Below, one piece after another: positions 60,415 through 64,000 of a stretch of DNA of 64,000 nt; within the stretch, counting starts at the first letter, position 1, and each line of letters begins with the position of its first letter. The notes under the pieces were generated by a model that was given only the letters and a program-made list of their open reading frames with translations, was not told the DNA's origin and did no database searches. The stretch covers positions 10,002 to 74,001 of the forward strand of contig CBFIJD010000011.1 of the NCBI GenBank assembly GCA_965662845.1, in the 5' to 3' direction. A program made the translations under genes and the position numbers. The stretch is from an uncultured bacterium (GTDB lineage Bacteria; SAR324; NAC60-12).

Positions 60415-61424
60415 CCTCCCCCCTACACGCCCGACTGCAAGCAGGTTCTTCTGTGCGTGACCTCTTTACTCACGGAGACCTCAGTGAACCTGCGGCCCTA
60501 GATTTTCTCTATCAAACTTGGCGAGCCGGCACCCTCGACGTAAAGCGCACTTGGGGGAACGCTGCTGAGCAGGGCCAACCGGTGCCCTATCAACCAGATG
60601 CGTGCTTTTTGCCGGATGACCACTTGCTCTGGACGCCAGAGGCAAAACAGTCTCTGACGATCGCGACTTGGAACATCAACTCTCTGCGCACACGGCTGGA
60701 GTTGATGCTGCAGTGGCTGGCTACGGCGAAGCCGGACGTGGTGGGGCTGCAAGAGACAAAAGTCGAGGACTCGCTGTTCCCGCTGTGGGATGTGCAATCG
60801 GCTGGGTATCAGTGCGCGTTTGCTGGACAAAAAAGTTACAACGGAGTCGCGATTTTCTCGCGTCATGCCCCCGAGGAAATTCGGGTGGGATTTCGCAATG
60901 GCTACGACGCGGACAATCGACGCTTGATTGCCGCCTACATTCAGGGACTCTGGTTTGTGAATGTCTACGTGCCGCAGGGCCAAAGCGCAGACTCCGAAAA
61001 GTTTGCTTACAAATTAGAGTTCTTGGAGCAGCTGCGGGAAGAAGTCGCCCACTATCCAACAGAGAGGTTGGTCTTGATGGGAGACTTGAACATCGCGCTT
61101 GACGAGAGAGACGTTGTAGACCCAGCAGCAATGAGAGATGTGGTGAGCTTTCGGCCCGAAGAGCGAGAATCTTTGCAAAAGGTAATGGCTTTGGGCTTGC
61201 AGGACTCTTTTCGAAAGTTCCACAGAGACGGTGGTCATTATTCTTGGTGGGATTACCGAACTCGCGGCTTTGAGAGAAATGAAGGGATGCGCATCGACCA
61301 CATTTTGATGCCGCCCAAGCTGTGCGAACAACTAACCGATTGCTTCATCGATTTGGAGAACCGCTCTCAGCCAAAACCTTCAGATCACGCTCCAGTGCTC
61401 TGCCATTTGACGATCTCCGAGTAG
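60411..61424 (+). CDS. xth: exodeoxyribonuclease III / AP endonuclease with N-terminal extension
   Basis: ATWNINS, LQETK, YNGVAI, NVYVPQG, GDLNIA, SWWDYR, GMRIDH and SDHAPV. Confidence 0.92.
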   Translation: MTSPLHARLQAGSSVRDLFTHGDLSEPAALDFLYQTWRAGTLDVKRTWGNAAEQGQPVPYQPDACFLPDDHLLWTPEAKQSLTIATWNINSLRTRLELMLQWLATAKPDVVGLQETKVEDSLFPLWDVQSAGYQCAFAGQKSYNGVAIFSRHAPEEIRVGFRNGYDADNRRLIAAYIQGLWFVNVYVPQGQSADSEKFAYKLEFLEQLREEVAHYPTERLVLMGDLNIALDERDVVDPAAMRDVVSFRPEERESLQKVMALGLQDSFRKFHRDGGHYSWWDYRTRGFERNEGMRIDHILMPPKLCEQLTDCFIDLENRSQPKPSDHAPVLCHLTISE

Positions 61425-61428
61425 ACTC

Positions 61429-61764
61429 ATGCGAAATACACGATGGAAGAAGACAATTTTGCTTAGTCTGGTTTTTGCATCTGTGGCATACCAAGTCGTT
61501 GCAAGACCGATGGAGGAACCCGTTCGGCCATCCTCCACAGCGATCATGGTTGATGTCCCCGTCCGCTTGCTGGGAATGGGGCTAACGGTGGTATCGGGCG
61601 CGCTGTTTATCGTCTCTTACCCCTTCGCCTATGCTTCTGACAGCGTCCCAGACACTTGGGATGCGCTGGTGCGAGAGCCCTTGGAATTTACATTTGTGCG
61701 ACCGATGGGACAGTTTGAACGCTGGGATTCTCGGCGCAAGCCTCTAAACGAAACCACAGAGTAG
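61429..61764 (+). CDS. hypothetical secreted/membrane protein
   Basis: Signal peptide, hydrophobic D...VRLLG segment and FTFVRPMG motif. Confidence 0.65.
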   Translation: MRNTRWKKTILLSLVFASVAYQVVARPMEEPVRPSSTAIMVDVPVRLLGMGLTVVSGALFIVSYPFAYASDSVPDTWDALVREPLEFTFVRPMGQFERWDSRRKPLNETTE

Positions 61765-61772
61765 GATCTACA

Positions 61773-62324
61773 ATGAAGAAAACACTGGCGGCCCTGAGCA
61801 CCTTCTTAATGACAACTGTAGCCGGAACTACAGCGATGGCGGACTTGCTCTCCGTGCACGTGGACGTCCCCGTCTCGTTTAGTGCAACGGGAGACGGCGC
61901 GAGCAACCCCGATTCTTTCAGTGGGTTCAAAGCTGGGGTCAGCCTGTTCGTGCTACCACTTGGCGTCGCTTACTCCAATTACACAACAGAGTACGAGGCA
62001 AGCAGCGATCAAACCGAAAGTGAACATACGTACAGTACTGTGGAGCTGTTCGTGAACCTGCCCGTCCCAGTGATCAATATTGCACTTGGCGCAGGGGCAG
62101 GAACGGTCTCGTCTGACATAGCCAATGGTATCTCTGTTGAGGACCAAGCCGTGACCAGCTACTTTGCTTCCGTCGGTTACCCGATCCTGCCTTTAGTTGA
62201 TGTGCATGTAGGCTATCAAGTGATTGACGCACAAGCTGCCGATGCTGAAGTGGCTGGCGCTAAGGTTGGTGAGGTAGACAACTCCGCCAACGTAGCGACT
62301 CTCGGTGTGAAAGTCGGTTTCTAA
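61773..62324 (+). CDS. outer-membrane beta-barrel protein (small, ~8 strands)
   Basis: Signal peptide ending AMA. Alternating beta-strands, C-terminal LGVKVGF. Confidence 0.75.
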   Translation: MKKTLAALSTFLMTTVAGTTAMADLLSVHVDVPVSFSATGDGASNPDSFSGFKAGVSLFVLPLGVAYSNYTTEYEASSDQTESEHTYSTVELFVNLPVPVINIALGAGAGTVSSDIANGISVEDQAVTSYFASVGYPILPLVDVHVGYQVIDAQAADAEVAGAKVGEVDNSANVATLGVKVGF

Positions 62325-62340
62325 GCAAGGACTTGAAACG

Positions 62341-62931
62341 ATGCGAAAATTCATAGTCAGCCTGTTCTTGATTTGTTGGGGAGTGCTTGGGAGCGCTCAA
62401 GCTCAGTTTATCGGCTTCAGCGTCGACACAGCAGTTGACTACACAGCCGCTCCTGACAAAGTGTTTGGTGGAACCGTTGGTATCGTTCACCCGGTGCCTT
62501 TCTTCCCCAATATCGGGTTCACGCAAGTGAGCTTTGATGATGAGAAGCTGACAGTGGACACCACCAACAACACGGAACTCACGACCAGCATAACCATCCA
62601 GTCGGCGCACCTGTTTTGGAACGTCCCGTTTCCTGTGGTCGCCGTCTCTCTAGGTGGTGGAGCGGGACAACTCGTCGCGGAGTCTGAACTCTCCACAGGC
62701 GGGGACAAAGCTGAAAATATCACCCCAGTGATCGAAGGCTTTTTTCGACTGGGGCTGCCGTTCTGGAATTTTCTCGAGTTTCACATCGGCTATCACGCCT
62801 TGAAAACGTCCCAAAAAGTTGACCGAGCGAGAAGCTCCGACACCACGCTTTCCACCCCAACCTACACGAAGAACACCCGCGTCGATTACACGGGGGCCCT
62901 CACGACTGTCGGGCTTCAGTTCGCCTTCTGA
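62341..62931 (+). CDS. outer-membrane beta-barrel protein, paralog of the preceding gene
   Basis: Signal peptide ending AQA. LFWNVPFPVVAVSLGGGAG, C-terminal VGLQFAF. Confidence 0.72.
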   Translation: MRKFIVSLFLICWGVLGSAQAQFIGFSVDTAVDYTAAPDKVFGGTVGIVHPVPFFPNIGFTQVSFDDEKLTVDTTNNTELTTSITIQSAHLFWNVPFPVVAVSLGGGAGQLVAESELSTGGDKAENITPVIEGFFRLGLPFWNFLEFHIGYHALKTSQKVDRARSSDTTLSTPTYTKNTRVDYTGALTTVGLQFAF

Positions 62932-62933
62932 AG

Positions 62934-63599
62934 TTGCTATTTGACCTGCCTGACGACCTCGCCTGCGCGTTCCTAACTAGACTTCCCCCACATTGGCCTC
63001 CGGAACACTTACCGGAGGTCCCGTTCCAAGCCTCCTCATCACGACAAACAGAATTTCAGCTCGGGCGCGTGTGCGCCGTTAGCGCGTTACAGCAACTGAG
63101 ATGTGATGTCCGAGTCATCGGGCGCGACCGCTCTTCGGGGAGTCCGCAGTGGCCTCGTGGTTTCTGTGGGAGCATCAGCCACACTCGCTCGGCGGCGCTC
63201 GCCTTGGTCGGCAGGACGCCTCCGTTTGGGAGTGTCGGCGTGGATCTGGAGCTGGCGGATCGCCAGATTGATCCTCGGGTCGCGCGGCATGTGTGTACTG
63301 GTGCTGAGAAAGACGTCATCGACGCTCTGCCTCAAGAGGCGGGCTCCCGGCTCCTGCTGCGGTTGTTCTCAGCCAAAGAGAGTATTTACAAGTGCTTTGC
63401 GCCGTTGCTGCCAAATGTGACGCTGCGGTTTCAAGACGTGAGCATCTCTGTGGAGCACGAGGGTGTCTGGAGAGCGCAACTTGAAACGGACTGGTCACAA
63501 AGTTGGGGGACGGGCGTCGAATTTGAGGGGAAGTGGGGCGTTTGGGAAGAGTGGATGTGGACGGCGCTATGGTGGCCGTCCGGCGAAAGGCTGGGCTAG
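62934..63599 (+). CDS. 4'-phosphopantetheinyl transferase (EntD/Sfp-like)
   Basis: RQTEFQLGR, PQWPRGFCGSISHT, VGVDLE and FSAKESIYK. Confidence 0.88.
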   Translation: MLFDLPDDLACAFLTRLPPHWPPEHLPEVPFQASSSRQTEFQLGRVCAVSALQQLRCDVRVIGRDRSSGSPQWPRGFCGSISHTRSAALALVGRTPPFGSVGVDLELADRQIDPRVARHVCTGAEKDVIDALPQEAGSRLLLRLFSAKESIYKCFAPLLPNVTLRFQDVSISVEHEGVWRAQLETDWSQSWGTGVEFEGKWGVWEEWMWTALWWPSGERLG

Positions 63600-63775
63600 T
63601 TCTCAACCTGACGTTGCAGCGCTTGGTAGCGCTGTTCGAGTTCAGCATACTCCCGCTGCAGTTGTTCGTAGCGGTCTTCCAGCGAGTCTCGCTCTTTTCG
63701 CAGCTGTAGATGAGCGACCGCCCAAGCCTGTTGTTCCGGGCGTAGAGCGTTCAGGTCGGTTAGGTTGAGTTCCAT
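63596..63775 (-). CDS. small coiled-coil protein (59 aa)
   Basis: AGGAGG SD. MELNLTDLNALRPEQQAWAVAHLQLRKERDSLEDRYEQLQREYAELEQRYQALQRQVEN. Just below the ORF-track cutoff. Confidence 0.65.
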   Translation of the reverse strand: MELNLTDLNALRPEQQAWAVAHLQLRKERDSLEDRYEQLQREYAELEQRYQALQRQVEN

Positions 63776-64000
63776 TGATCCTCCTAAAGTGGTGAGTTCG
63801 CGAATAGCCTACTCAACAGTCAGGCGTTTTTGCAAGTCTAGTTGTACTTACCGCAATCAATCTGGAGCAACCGCAAAGAGGCACGCCGCCTACAATTCCC
63901 GACATTTTCCCCCTGCTGATCGTTGCAATGATTGATCTGGAAATACCGCAAACAATTTGGCTAGTGCCCACGTATACGCCCACGCAATTACGATGACCGC

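Noticed and set aside
62934-63599. NRPS/PKS biosynthetic cluster implied by the PPTase
   Set aside because: No carrier-protein or synthase genes in the window.

Overview
A gene-dense bacterial chromosomal segment of moderately high GC. The gene set (flhBAFG-fliA, several TerB-like proteins, delta-type housekeeping genes) looks like a deltaproteobacterial or SAR324-like lineage; this taxonomy is inference only. Housekeeping genes include pckA, miaA, rpsU, murJ, queG, glyQS, gatA, serS, argJ, argF, gltA, ispD, scpA and xth. There is also a flagellar export/regulation block, scattered fliG and fliN, potFGH, an MCP, a single-chain acetyl-CoA carboxylase and several hypothetical proteins. I found no rRNA, tRNA, CRISPR array or intact mobile element. 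The main oddities are: (1) a FliN carrying seven tandem copies of the FliM/FliY/CheZ-type CheY~P-binding peptide on a disordered N-terminal arm; (2) a ~810-aa protein with an IS630-like HTH at the N-terminus, a ~500-residue coiled coil and a sigma70-region-4-like HTH at the C-terminus; (3) an orphan secretin with six rather than three N1-N3-type repeats; (4) an adjacent Pat-like GNAT and Zn-less sirtuin pair; (5) an SCO gene coupled to a putative His/Cys metal-binding protein; (6) widespread fragmentation of normally conserved operons. Family assignments come from motif recognition, not database searches, and several start codons were moved from the ORF track.
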